DNA of 64,000 nucleotides, from IMG/VR virus record IMGVR_UViG_3300032242_000488, positions 32,001 through 96,000 of that record. One strand, given 5' to 3'. Numbering within the stretch: position 1 is the stretch's first letter; each line of letters opens with the position of its first letter. The stretch comes from a virus. Position numbers and translations under genes: made by a program. The notes beneath the pieces were generated by a model that made no database searches, was not told where the DNA came from, and saw only the letters and a program-made list of their open reading frames with translations. Shown in pieces: positions 36,162 through 45,374 of this stretch.

Positions 36162-37172
36162 ATGGCTACAATGAGAAATTTAGATATTGACCAGGACTTT
36201 CCAGTTGCTGGGCAAGATAACGAAAGTCAAGGATTTAGAGATAACTTTAATGCAATTAAAGAATCGCTAACCTACGTTAACGAAAAAGTTTTTGAAACCG
36301 GTGGGCTAACTGAAACTACTGTAAAGTTAGGTGAAAGAAATCAATTTGACATTAATGCTAGTTTAGAAACTGTTAAACTATTAGGTACTTCAGAAACTAC
36401 TGTTAAAAGTGGTCAAGCTATTATATTGACCAGCGGACAAGAATTAAATTATTCAGCTGGGTCATATCATTCTATTCTATTAACATCCAGCACCAGTCTA
36501 GATGTAACTGGTTTTCCTATGCCAGATGGTACAGAAGACGGCCGCTATGCCAAAATGAGACTTGATGCTACATTGAGTACCTTTAATGTAACTACATCAG
36601 GTTCGTTTATTGTAGGTAATGTCTATACTATTTTTGCTTTGGGCAACACAGACTTTACAGCTATTGGTGCTACTGACAATATTGTAGGCACAACATTTAA
36701 AGCTACAGGTGTTGGCGCAGGAACTGGCACAGCTAAAGAAGCAAGAACACTAAGTTTTACAAACTCAGTAGCAGGTGGTACAATCAAATATGCGGGCAAC
36801 TGGCCAACAACATTGTATGTTACCAGCGAAACAAATCCTGTAGTTGTTGAATTTTGGTCTTATGACGGCGGTGAAGTAGTCTATGCTCAATACATAGGGC
36901 AATTTGGTCAAACTGTTAGAGATACTGCCGTAGTAAATTTAACTGTTACAGGTAGCACTACTCTAGGTGACGCTGTTACAGACAAGGTGGTATTTAAAGG
37001 TATACCAAAACTACCGTTAGTAGACGGAGTTACACTTTCTGGTCTAACTCCAGAAGTGGGTATGATGATTTTTAATACTACAACCAAGCGTGTTCAATCA
37101 TATGTTCCAGATACAGGACTTGCTCAAGGTAACAATGCATCAGGTACTGCTGGATGGGTTAATATCAGCTAA
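36162..37172 (+). CDS. Virion structural protein (336 aa)
   Basis: DFPVAGQDNESQGFRDNF N-terminus, GMMIFNTT C-terminal motif, late box GATAAATA at 36133-40. Confidence 0.65.
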   Translation: MATMRNLDIDQDFPVAGQDNESQGFRDNFNAIKESLTYVNEKVFETGGLTETTVKLGERNQFDINASLETVKLLGTSETTVKSGQAIILTSGQELNYSAGSYHSILLTSSTSLDVTGFPMPDGTEDGRYAKMRLDATLSTFNVTTSGSFIVGNVYTIFALGNTDFTAIGATDNIVGTTFKATGVGAGTGTAKEARTLSFTNSVAGGTIKYAGNWPTTLYVTSETNPVVVEFWSYDGGEVVYAQYIGQFGQTVRDTAVVNLTVTGSTTLGDAVTDKVVFKGIPKLPLVDGVTLSGLTPEVGMMIFNTTTKRVQSYVPDTGLAQGNNASGTAGWVNIS

Positions 37173-37405
37173 TGTTACATCCACTGTCGCCCGACTTGTC
37201 AAAGCTAAAAGATAACGAGCTTGAGAATAAACTTCAAGAGCTTAGTAAGCGTTATTTTCAAACTAGCAATGCAAATATTCAACAACAACTGATCATGTTG
37301 ATTGATGGATATAAAGAAGAATTGGCGAACCGCAGAGCCAGAATGTGGCAAGAACAATATCAAAAACGCGATACAGATCTTGACAGTTTAATAAAAGTCA
37401 GTTAA
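37172..37405 (+). CDS. Hypothetical helical protein (77 aa)
   Basis: TAATG overlap with the previous gene; coiled-coil composition. Confidence 0.7.
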   Translation: MLHPLSPDLSKLKDNELENKLQELSKRYFQTSNANIQQQLIMLIDGYKEELANRRARMWQEQYQKRDTDLDSLIKVS

Positions 37406-37408
37406 AAT
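37380..37408 (+). promoter_or_regulatory. sigma70 promoter probably giving a leaderless dnaE-fragment mRNA
   Basis: TTGACA (37380-85), 17 bp spacer, TAAAAT (37403-08). The ATG lies 6 nt later with no SD. Confidence 0.6.
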
Positions 37409-37414
37409 AACTGA

Positions 37415-37933
37415 ATGCATACTGACCTTCTAGGAATACCCATCTATTCTAAATCTGATATACTTGATATTATCTATCAAGGAAAGTTGGATGTCTTAAA
37501 CACAATCCTAGTTGACATTGAAAATGCTGAATTTGATAAATTCAATTTGGCCGCAAGAGAAGCAGGCGGCACAGAATTAAAAAAATACTACCCACTAGAT
37601 ATTAGCATAGAAGAATTTGATCAATCTCTTCAAGAAAATTGGTTAATGCCCGATGAATATAAAAATATGGACATTGCTAAATGGGTGCTGGATAAATGCT
37701 CTACGCAAGATCAATTACAGCGTGTTGGAGCAGAACTATTAGAATTCCAAAAACGCAATATGATGCCGTTGTTAAAATGGATGAAGTATTTTGTCGATAC
37801 CTGTAGGGCTAATAAGGTAGTATGGGGTGTGGGTAGAGGTAGCTCTGTAGCTAGTTATGTGTTATACTTAATAGGCGTTCATCGCATAGATAGTATGAAA
37901 TATAATTTAGACTGGCAGGAATTTCTGAGATAA
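37415..37933 (+). CDS. Stand-alone fragment of DNA polymerase III alpha (DnaE-like), 172 aa
   Basis: RV..EL..F...VVWGVGRGSSVASYVLYLIGVHRIDSMKYNLDWQEFLR aligns with DnaE VGPGRGS.AGSLVAY.LGIT.LDP..Y.LLFERFL; the ORF stops before the PDxDxD catalytic motif. Confidence 0.8.
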   Translation: MHTDLLGIPIYSKSDILDIIYQGKLDVLNTILVDIENAEFDKFNLAAREAGGTELKKYYPLDISIEEFDQSLQENWLMPDEYKNMDIAKWVLDKCSTQDQLQRVGAELLEFQKRNMMPLLKWMKYFVDTCRANKVVWGVGRGSSVASYVLYLIGVHRIDSMKYNLDWQEFLR

Positions 37934-37960
37934 GTAATACTATAATAGGAGGCTAGTAAA

Positions 37961-38191
37961 ATGGCACAAAAACCGCAAGCAAAGAAAGTATACCGTACAG
38001 CAAACGGCCGTGTAGTAGATATGGATCTACTGCGTCAAAAAAACGAACTAACGCCCGCAGTTGGCAATAGTCGTGTTAATGCTAGGGGCGACGAATTAGG
38101 ACCAGGTGGTAAAATTGTCCGTAGTAGAGAAGAAATTTTAAAAGACTTTTATGCATCAGCAGAAGCTGAAGCAGCCAAATCAAAGGAATAA
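37961..38191 (+). CDS. Conserved hypothetical phage protein (76 aa)
   Basis: GGAGG SD; AVGNSRVNARGDELGPGGKIV motif; variant late box GATAAGTA at 37929-36. Confidence 0.7.
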   Translation: MAQKPQAKKVYRTANGRVVDMDLLRQKNELTPAVGNSRVNARGDELGPGGKIVRSREEILKDFYASAEAEAAKSKE

Positions 38192-38193
38192 CA

Positions 38194-38592
38194 GTGAACG
38201 TCAACGCAGTAAAAGGTAAAATTATACCGCTAGGTGATAAAATATTTGTTCATAACATGAACTTTGGCGAGCAAGTGACTACCGGCGGCATCGTATTAAT
38301 GAGTGATGATGCCAAGGATCACGGCATCCATGCTAGGTGGGCTCAGGTCTGGGCAGTTGGTAAGGATCATGCAGAAGAGTTTAATGTAGGTGATTGGATC
38401 TTAATTGAACACGGTCGCTGGACTAGAGGCATTCCATATGAGTATGAAGATGGTACAGAAACTACTATTCGTATGGTGGAAAACAAATCTATCATTATGT
38501 GGGATACTGAACAGCCTAAAGATGCAATCATTGGTCGTTTAGACGGTGGCGGCCCTCCTCCAACAGTTAGCCCAGATGAGTTTTTAAGATGA
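38194..38592 (+). CDS. groES: Co-chaperonin GroES/Cpn10 (functional analogue of T4 gp31)
   Basis: IIPLGDKIFV...EQVTTGGIVL...VWAVG....VGDWILI; GTG start after AAGGA. Confidence 0.8.
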   Translation: MNVNAVKGKIIPLGDKIFVHNMNFGEQVTTGGIVLMSDDAKDHGIHARWAQVWAVGKDHAEEFNVGDWILIEHGRWTRGIPYEYEDGTETTIRMVENKSIIMWDTEQPKDAIIGRLDGGGPPPTVSPDEFLR

Positions 38593-38954
38593 CAAATCCA
38601 TTCCGCGATCAAGAAAAATTTATGAAAGCCTGTGATCAAACCGCAGGCGGAGAATTTGACCAAGCGCAGTTTAAAATGTATCTAGGTCTTATTGACGAAG
38701 AATATAAAGAACTCCAAGTTGCTGTTGACGATAACGATCAGTTAGAAACACTTGATGCTCTTATTGATATTCTTGTTGTTACCATTGGCGCGATCCATAG
38801 TATGGGCAGTGATGCTGAAGGTGCTTGGAAAGAAGTTATGCAGACTAATTTTAATAAAATTGACAAAGAAACTGGTAAAGTTCGTAAACGTGAAGATGGT
38901 AAAGTACTCAAGCCAATTGGGTGGACACCTCCAGATTTAAAACCATTTGTATAA
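38589..38954 (+). CDS. MazG-like all-alpha NTP pyrophosphohydrolase
   Basis: LIDEEYKEL...LDALIDILVV..G and V...N..K...KREDGKVLKP.GW.PP motifs. Confidence 0.8.
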   Translation: MTNPFRDQEKFMKACDQTAGGEFDQAQFKMYLGLIDEEYKELQVAVDDNDQLETLDALIDILVVTIGAIHSMGSDAEGAWKEVMQTNFNKIDKETGKVRKREDGKVLKPIGWTPPDLKPFV

Positions 38955-38956
38955 AA

Positions 38957-39088
38957 ATGTATAGAGTAAAATATTACAGATATGAAACATTACATTCCAA
39001 ATATTTTGAAACACTACACGAAGCAGTGATGTTTTCTGTATACAGTGTTCGGAATGGTAATGTCTACGGAATAGATCTAATCAAATAG
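38957..39088 (+). CDS. Small hypothetical protein (43 aa), not in the ORF track
   Basis: ATG...TAG ORF MYRVKYYRYETLHSKYF... exactly fills the gap before the terminator. Confidence 0.5.
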   Translation: MYRVKYYRYETLHSKYFETLHEAVMFSVYSVRNGNVYGIDLIK

Positions 39089-39096
39089 ATAACACC

Positions 39097-39133
39097 AAAG
39101 GGTCTTGACAGACCCTTTTTTAACCTCTATAAT
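39097..39133 (+). promoter_or_regulatory. Terminator hairpin whose apex is the -35 box of a sigma70 promoter
   Basis: AAAGGGTC-TTGACA-GACCCTTTTTT; TTGACA (39105-10), 17 bp spacer, TATAAT (39128-33). Confidence 0.8.
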
Positions 39134-39158
39134 AGCAGTATATGCCAAGAGGAAAAAT

Positions 39159-39314
39159 ATGAAATGTAATACTTGCAACCAGCAGTACAGCGTTACCTGT
39201 GATTGGAATCAAGGAAGATGTCCACATCACCCTCCAATTATTAATCCACATAGTATGAGATTTTATAATCTGTTACAATTTATCAAGAGCATTTTTAAAG
39301 GACGATTACCATGA
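39159..39314 (+). CDS. Small Cys/His-rich protein (51 aa)
   Basis: GAGG SD; MKCNTC...C..W.QGRCPH. Confidence 0.6.
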   Translation: MKCNTCNQQYSVTCDWNQGRCPHHPPIINPHSMRFYNLLQFIKSIFKGRLP

Positions 39315-39562
39315 CTGACAACGAACAAAATATAGAAATAATGAAAGACCTTAGAAATAGACTAGACAAGGTACTTGACAATACACCAGCAGAAACATCA
39401 ACTGTTAAGCATCCAGATGCTAAAAAGCATTTATACGTTAGCCTTGTAAAAAGTTTTATTCGCATAGGTGCAGGTTGCTGGTTAATGTCAGGCAACTTGC
39501 TAATGGCCGGTGTTTGTCTTATTCTAGCAGAAGTGTTAGGCGTTGTTGAGGAATTAGTATGA
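39311..39562 (+). CDS. Small membrane protein
   Basis: ATGA overlaps on both sides; hydrophobic C-terminal hairpin ending [12 protein letters not shown]. Confidence 0.7.
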   Translation: MTDNEQNIEIMKDLRNRLDKVLDNTPAETSTVKHPDAKKHLYVSLVKSFIRIGAGCWLMSGNLLMAGVCLILAEVLGVVEELV

Positions 39563-40479
39563 AAGAGTTGTGGGTAGAAAAATATCGTCCTAAGACCGTA
39601 GAAGGTTATGTTTTTAAAGATGATACTCTTAAAGAACAAATTAACAAGTGGATTAAGGACGGATCGATTCCGCATATCATGTTAAGTGGTAATGCTGGTA
39701 CTGGTAAAACCACATTGGCAAAATTGTTGTTAAATGAAATCGGTGTACAGGATACTGACATCTTAGTCGCCAACGGTAGTAAAGAAGGTCGTAAGATTGA
39801 ATGGGTTGACAAGCTAATTGGTTTTTGTCAAACTATGCCCTTTGGTGATTTTAAAGTCGTGCTTATTGACGAAGCAGATTACATGAACAAAGATTCTGTA
39901 CAGCCAGCACTTCGTAATCTAATGGAAGACTATTCAAACAGTGTTCGATTTATCTTTACCTGTAACTATCCACACAGGATTATTACTCCTGTAAAAAGTC
40001 GGTGTCAAGAAATTAAGATTGAACGTACTGACTTAACAGAGTTTACTGCCCGTGTTGCTACTATTCTAGTTGAAGAAGGCATTAACTTTGATTTAGATAC
40101 ACTAGACACGTTTGTACAAGGCACATATCCAGACCTGCGTAAGTGTATTAACAATGTGCAAATGAACAGTACTAACGGTGCTTTAACAGTTCCAGAAGTA
40201 GTTGACGGTGCAGGGGACTATCGTGTTGAGATGGTAGACCTGTTTAAGAAGGGCAAGATTAGCGAAGCACGTAAACTGCTATGCTCACAAGCTCGTCCAG
40301 AAGAAATGGAAGAAATCTATCGTTGGATGTATGACAATATTGCTATGTTTGGTGACTCTGAAGAAAAACAAGATAGTGCTATCCTTATCATCAAGCAAGG
40401 TCTAGTAGATAATGCATCAGTCGCAGACCAAGAAATTAATCTAGCGGCAACTTTAATTAGGCTTGCGAGGTTGCAATGA
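39559..40479 (+). CDS. Sliding-clamp loader AAA+ subunit (RFC small subunit / T4 gp44-like)
   Basis: LWVEKYRP, Walker A GNAGTGKT, Walker B LIDEAD, SRC motif, PDLRKCIN. Confidence 0.92.
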   Translation: MKELWVEKYRPKTVEGYVFKDDTLKEQINKWIKDGSIPHIMLSGNAGTGKTTLAKLLLNEIGVQDTDILVANGSKEGRKIEWVDKLIGFCQTMPFGDFKVVLIDEADYMNKDSVQPALRNLMEDYSNSVRFIFTCNYPHRIITPVKSRCQEIKIERTDLTEFTARVATILVEEGINFDLDTLDTFVQGTYPDLRKCINNVQMNSTNGALTVPEVVDGAGDYRVEMVDLFKKGKISEARKLLCSQARPEEMEEIYRWMYDNIAMFGDSEEKQDSAILIIKQGLVDNASVADQEINLAATLIRLARLQ

Positions 40480-40799
40480 CCTATCTAGTAACAGAAAATT
40501 GTATCAAATGCAAACATACTGATTGTGTAAGTGTTTGTCCAGTTGACTGCTTTTATGAAGGACCAAATTTTCTAGCAATCAATCCCGACGAATGTATTGA
40601 TTGCGGAGTATGCGTTACAGAATGTCCTGTCGATGCTATTGTAGCAGATAGTAATGTTAATGTTGATATAGAATTTTGGCTTGAGCTTAATACTCGACTA
40701 AGTAAAAAATGGCCAGTTATTACAAAACAAAAACATGCACTACCCGATGCAGATAACTGGAAGGATGTTCCGGATAAAATAAAACTATTAGAGGAATAA
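40476..40799 (+). CDS. fdxA: 7Fe ([3Fe-4S][4Fe-4S]) ferredoxin, FdxA type
   Basis: [18 protein letters not shown]...[12 protein letters not shown] with C-terminal W.ELN..LS..WP.IT extension. Confidence 0.92.
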   Translation: MTYLVTENCIKCKHTDCVSVCPVDCFYEGPNFLAINPDECIDCGVCVTECPVDAIVADSNVNVDIEFWLELNTRLSKKWPVITKQKHALPDADNWKDVPDKIKLLEE

Positions 40800-40800
40800 A

Positions 40801-41595
40801 ATGACACAACGTATTTTAATTATGGGATTACCAGGCTCAGGTAAAACTTACCTAGCACAGCACATTGTAGATCATCTACAAGCAGATAAGAAAAAAGTTG
40901 GTTGGTTAAACGCCGACGATGTGCGTAAAAAGTATGATGATTGGGATTTTAGCGAAGCTGGACGTATTCGTCAAAGCAAACGTATGCGTGAACTAGCAGA
41001 TGCAATGACCGATATGGATTATGTAATCTGTGACTTTGTTGCGCCCTTAGTTGAGATGCGTAATAACTTTAAAGCAGACTGGACTATCTGGGTTGATACT
41101 ATCCGTGAAGGACGATACGCTGATACAAATGCTATGTTTATTGAGCCAGAAGTTTATGACTTCCGTGTTACTGTACAGAAAGCAGAAACATGGGGTGAGT
41201 TTATTGCAGGACATATTTTAGACAATCGCCGTCGTCCTACATTTGATTGGAAGAAAGAAACTGTACAGATGCTTGGGCGTTGGCAACCATGGCATGACGG
41301 ACATCGTGCATTGTTTGAAAAACTGTTGGCCCGTACAGGACAAGTTATTATTCAAGTGCGTGATGTACAAGGATGGCAGGGAAGTAATCCGTTTGAAGTA
41401 GAAAAAGTCAAGAGTTTTATCAAACGTGATTTAGATCCATTGTACCAAGGTCAATATGAAATCCAAGTTGTTCCTAACATTGTACATATTGGGTGGGGGC
41501 GCGGTGTAGGCTATACTGCTGGCGAAGAAACGTTTGATGAATCTATTACCAATATTAGTGCTACACAAATTCGTAAAGAATTAGGATTAAAATGA
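40801..41595 (+). CDS. APS-kinase-like P-loop kinase fused to a HIGH-superfamily nucleotidyltransferase
   Basis: GLPGSGKT, LNADDVR, DFS..GR.RQ (CysC-like); C-terminal MLGRWQPWHDGH...ISATQIR. Confidence 0.75.
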   Translation: MTQRILIMGLPGSGKTYLAQHIVDHLQADKKKVGWLNADDVRKKYDDWDFSEAGRIRQSKRMRELADAMTDMDYVICDFVAPLVEMRNNFKADWTIWVDTIREGRYADTNAMFIEPEVYDFRVTVQKAETWGEFIAGHILDNRRRPTFDWKKETVQMLGRWQPWHDGHRALFEKLLARTGQVIIQVRDVQGWQGSNPFEVEKVKSFIKRDLDPLYQGQYEIQVVPNIVHIGWGRGVGYTAGEETFDESITNISATQIRKELGLK

Positions 41596-41777
41596 GAACA
41601 ATATTAAAAACGTTATCCTGGAGAGTCATTGGCTCTACTTCAACGTTTTTAATCAGCTATCTAATAACAGGGCAGGCATTTATTGCCACTAGTATTGCAA
41701 TTATGCAAATGATAGTGAACACCGTGTTATATTACATACACGAATTAGTTTGGAACAGAGTAAAAAAGGGCCACTAG
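41592..41777 (+). CDS. DUF2061-like small membrane protein
   Basis: R.ILKTLSWRVIGS...LYYIHE.VW signature. Confidence 0.8.
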   Translation: MRTILKTLSWRVIGSTSTFLISYLITGQAFIATSIAIMQMIVNTVLYYIHELVWNRVKKGH

Positions 41778-41787
41778 GGCCCTTTTT
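41762..41787. terminator. Bidirectional intrinsic terminator
   Basis: AAAAAAGGGCC-ACTAG-GGCCCTTTTT between convergent genes. Confidence 0.85.
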
Positions 41788-42543
41788 CTATTCGTCACCG
41801 TATAAAGATAATACCTCCTTGACCGCTTCGTGTCGCTCGATATCTTTCATACCAAACTGGCACACGCTCAATAAATCTAACTGTTTACCATGTAATCGCT
41901 CGCAGAAATCAATCAAGCCATTGTCATTTAAACGATCAGCTTGACGCAAATCTCCAGTTACGACCATTTTAGAACCTTCACCCAGTCTCGTTAGCAACAT
42001 CTTCATTTGATTTGGCGTAGCATTTTGCATTTCGTCTGCAATAATGTATGCGTTCTTGAAGGTGCGACCTCTCATATATGCTAACGGGCTTATTTCAATT
42101 ACTCCCTCACGGATCATGTTCTCGATATCCCTAGCGTAATAGTACTCTGCTAACACATCCATAATAGGGCGTGTCCAAGGAGCCATTTTTTGCTCAAGGG
42201 TTCCGGGAAGAAAACCGTGATCTTCATCAACAGAAACTGCCGGGCGTGTTACCACGATTTTATCTACCAACCCTTCTTTGAAGAGTTTGATACCGACTTG
42301 ACACGCAATCAATGTTTTTCCTGTGCCAGCGGGGCCCAGTGCGAAAACTATGTTTTTCGATGGGTCTAATAGTTGTAGTAGATATTCTTCTTGACTTCGG
42401 TTACGTGGGACTACGTGAACGCTACGTTTTTTCTGTGGAAGATTTTGTGAAAGTGTGTGTTGAAAGGGTTGAAACTCAATCACGTTTGCACGTGGATCGT
42501 TAAATCCGTCGTTAAAACGCTTTTTGGCTCTTTTTGTCGTCAT
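41788..42543 (-). CDS. phoH: PhoH-like ATPase
   Basis: GPAGTGKT, TRPAV, GFLPG, LAYMRGRTF, DEMQN, TGDLRQAD. Start set at MTTKRAK (42543) after an AGGAGAG SD. Confidence 0.93.
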   Translation of the reverse strand: MTTKRAKKRFNDGFNDPRANVIEFQPFQHTLSQNLPQKKRSVHVVPRNRSQEEYLLQLLDPSKNIVFALGPAGTGKTLIACQVGIKLFKEGLVDKIVVTRPAVSVDEDHGFLPGTLEQKMAPWTRPIMDVLAEYYYARDIENMIREGVIEISPLAYMRGRTFKNAYIIADEMQNATPNQMKMLLTRLGEGSKMVVTGDLRQADRLNDNGLIDFCERLHGKQLDLLSVCQFGMKDIERHEAVKEVLSLYGDE

Positions 42544-42702
42544 TAACTGCTCTCCTTTTTGAGGCTGTAGGACGTCATTGTCACAACTCTTTGTAGGACA
42601 ACTGAGAGGTCCTACACTCATATTTACAGAGTTACAGAAAAACAGAACTGATACTATATCAAAACAGTCAAGATAAATACATTGACAAAGGATCACTTGA
42701 AC

Positions 42703-43266
42703 ATGGCAGATATTTTAGACATTATCGAGAACATTAGCACCATCTACGAAAGCAACAGTAGCTTGGCTATTCTCAAAGACTACGAACGTGTATTTGACGA
42801 GTTAGATCTCTACGTGTTTGAAAACTGGCAGGACGGTGAACTTATATCAGGACCGCAAGTGGAACGCCATTGGGTAACTTGCAGTTTCATGTGGCCTAAA
42901 GATAAGATGCCAGATCCAGAAGCAGGCAAACGTTTATCAGAATACGGCTGTAGTGTCAAGTACAAGAAAGACACATTAGTCAAACCTAGAAAAATCAAAA
43001 AACCAGAAGACATCCGTCCTGGTACTAAAAAAGGCAAACTTGACGAGCACCCAATATGGGTTGTTGAGGTTACCATGCCAAAGAAGTTGATGTTAGATAT
43101 ATTCCGTGGGTACCACAATCAACTAATGGACGATCTAGGTATCGATAAAAATGTATCTGCTCCAGAACTACAAGCACCTCCAGCAGGTGAAGCAGTACAG
43201 CAACAAGAAACACCGGCCGCACCAGGAACAGCGGCACCAGAGGGAGCACCTAATGCAACTCAATGA
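42703..43266 (+). CDS. Conserved hypothetical late protein
   Basis: Late box GATAAATA at 42672-79; start MADILDII; P/A/Q-rich tail. Confidence 0.7.
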   Translation: MADILDIIENISTIYESNSSLAILKDYERVFDELDLYVFENWQDGELISGPQVERHWVTCSFMWPKDKMPDPEAGKRLSEYGCSVKYKKDTLVKPRKIKKPEDIRPGTKKGKLDEHPIWVVEVTMPKKLMLDIFRGYHNQLMDDLGIDKNVSAPELQAPPAGEAVQQQETPAAPGTAAPEGAPNATQ

Positions 43267-43981
43267 AGATAGCTTACAAGCAGGCGACCTACGCAATCTA
43301 GTACATCATGTATTTGAAGTAGACAGCTATCGCTCAAAAATGGGCAACGATAAAGATGTAGTAGTATTAAGTTTTACAGTAGAAAGCAAAGACCCCGCAG
43401 ACGACCTAGTTAACTTTATTGAAAAAGGTTATCAGTTTGTACTAGATGCAGATGTAACACCTGGCGAACTAAGTAATGGCAAATACAAAGTGTTTGTTGA
43501 ACTGCAACGTGATCGTCATGTTGCAGAACACATTAGTGATTTATTATACGGTGTTAAAAAACTTACGGGCCTAGAAGAGTTTAAGTTTAGATATTATAAG
43601 AGTTTTGACAGCAAAGATGCTGTTAAAGAAATGTTAGAAGAAGTTATTCCTAATGATCCTAACACATACGAAGAAAGTATTAAAGAACATGCAATGGAAA
43701 GCTACGAGCATTTCTTTGCAAAAGGGCGTTTAGAAAAAGTAGTAATGGAAGGCGATCTATTGCGAGTCAAAAAGATCTATGCTGATCCATTACAGTTTAA
43801 AGTTATTAGAGCAGGAACACCAGCAGGTATATTAGAATCCATCGAAGAAAAGATTAATGTCAACGAATGGGCAGAGGTTATCTTTTTAACTAAGTACTTT
43901 GGGGACTTTAATATTACCAAGTTTGGTAACAAACTCATGTTTGAAGATAATGGACATGCAGTACTAATGGAGAGATTATAA
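43253..43981 (+). CDS. Hypothetical protein (242 aa)
   Basis: GGGAG SD before MQLNED at 43253; TAATG coupling to the endolysin gene. Confidence 0.7.
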   Translation: MQLNEDSLQAGDLRNLVHHVFEVDSYRSKMGNDKDVVVLSFTVESKDPADDLVNFIEKGYQFVLDADVTPGELSNGKYKVFVELQRDRHVAEHISDLLYGVKKLTGLEEFKFRYYKSFDSKDAVKEMLEEVIPNDPNTYEESIKEHAMESYEHFFAKGRLEKVVMEGDLLRVKKIYADPLQFKVIRAGTPAGILESIEEKINVNEWAEVIFLTKYFGDFNITKFGNKLMFEDNGHAVLMERL

Positions 43982-44619
43982 TGAGCGAATTTACATTTCA
44001 GTTTACACAAGATCAGTTAGCACAAGTTATTCCAGGTAATCCATATATGGATCACTGGTTTAAGGCCTTATGCGAAATTTTACCAGACTATGAAATCAGT
44101 ACACCACAACGTGTTGCCGCATTTCTAGCACAGACAGCACACGAGTCAGGCGGCTATCGTGCTATTAAAGAAAACTTAAACTATAAGGCACCGACACTAC
44201 GTAAGATTTTCCCTAAGTATTTCCCGACAGACGAGATTGCTAATCAGTATGCTAACTTGCCAAACAAGCAAGAAGCTATTGCTAATCGTGTATACGGCGG
44301 ACGTATGGGTAACGGTCCAGAAGAGTCGGGTGATGGTTACAGATATTGCGGACGTGGACTTATTCAATTGACCGGTAAAGATAACTATACTCGCTATGCA
44401 CAAAGTCTTGAGATTAGCGTAGAAGAAGCTAGTGAGCACCTAACAACATTTGAAGGTTGTGTACAATCAGCGGCTTGGTTCTGGGAAGCTAACAACCTAA
44501 ACCAGTGGGCAGACAAGGGCGACATCTTAACACTAACAAAACGTATCAATGGCGGTACCATTGGACTAGAAGATCGTATCAAGCATTACAATCACGCTCT
44601 CCATGTCCTAGGAGCATAA
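43981..44619 (+). CDS. Glycoside hydrolase family 19 endolysin
   Basis: AAFLAQTAHESGG...ENLNY, IANRVYGGRMGNG, YCGRGLIQLTGKDNY, SAAWFW, TKRINGG..GL.DR. Confidence 0.92.
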   Translation: MSEFTFQFTQDQLAQVIPGNPYMDHWFKALCEILPDYEISTPQRVAAFLAQTAHESGGYRAIKENLNYKAPTLRKIFPKYFPTDEIANQYANLPNKQEAIANRVYGGRMGNGPEESGDGYRYCGRGLIQLTGKDNYTRYAQSLEISVEEASEHLTTFEGCVQSAAWFWEANNLNQWADKGDILTLTKRINGGTIGLEDRIKHYNHALHVLGA

Positions 44620-44620
44620 T

Positions 44621-45085
44621 ATGTGGATGCTTGCGTGGGTACCAGATAGTGTTTTACTCTTAGCGGTTCATGCAGTGCTTGTTGCTGGAGCTATCGGCAC
44701 GTTTTTAAGTTTTTTCTTGTTACACAGGATTGTAAACTGGTTCCCAGCATTAGCACCGTGGCATTTACTATTACAGATTATTAGTATAGCATTGCTAGTA
44801 GGTGGTGTTTACTTTAAAGGCGGATATGATACTGAAGCTAGTTGGAGAGCTCGAGTTAAAGAAGCTGAGGATAAAGTAGCTGTAGTAGAAGAACAGAGTA
44901 AAGAACTTAATGCCAAGTTAGAAGCTAAGATTAAAGAAAAGCAAAAAGTGCGTGTTGAGTATTATGCAACTGTTAAAGAGCGTATCAAAGAAGTTGAAAA
45001 ACTTATCGACAGTAAATGCGAGCTAGACCCAAAGGTCAACGAGCTACATAACAAAGCCGCAACTAATCCGGAGAAAGCAAAATGA
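44621..45085 (+). CDS. Inner-membrane spanin (Rz-like)
   Basis: N-terminal hydrophobic segments, then a long coiled coil with a C-terminal Cys; lies between the endolysin and a lipoprotein gene. Confidence 0.7.
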   Translation: MWMLAWVPDSVLLLAVHAVLVAGAIGTFLSFFLLHRIVNWFPALAPWHLLLQIISIALLVGGVYFKGGYDTEASWRARVKEAEDKVAVVEEQSKELNAKLEAKIKEKQKVRVEYYATVKERIKEVEKLIDSKCELDPKVNELHNKAATNPEKAK

Positions 45086-45351
45086 AACGACTATTATTGC
45101 TAATCCCTGTAGTTATGTTAACAGGGTGCTTGGCAACAGCACCTGTAGTTCCAAACTGGCCTGAAGTGCCTAAAGATTTGCTAGAAGCTTGCCCTGATTT
45201 AAAAACAGTAGATCCTGCAAACGATAAACTTAGCGCAGTACTTGATACTGTAGCAGAAAACTACGGCGAGTATTACGGATGTAAGGCTAAAGTAGATGAT
45301 TGGATTAACTGGTACAGTGGCCAGCAAAAACTTTGGAAAACACTTAAATAA
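45082..45351 (+). CDS. Outer-membrane spanin lipoprotein (Rz1-like)
   Basis: Lipobox LTGC, Pro-rich region P.VP.DLLEACPDL, second Cys; overlaps the i-spanin stop. Confidence 0.8.
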   Translation: MKRLLLLIPVVMLTGCLATAPVVPNWPEVPKDLLEACPDLKTVDPANDKLSAVLDTVAENYGEYYGCKAKVDDWINWYSGQQKLWKTLK

Positions 45352-45374
45352 AGTAGTAGATTAAGGAGCGAGCG

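Noticed and set aside
37415-37933. dnaE pseudogene or frameshift
   Set aside because: The ORF has its own promoter and a clean end followed by a late box and an unrelated gene. No downstream DnaE remnant is visible in other frames, so it is treated as a real small gene.
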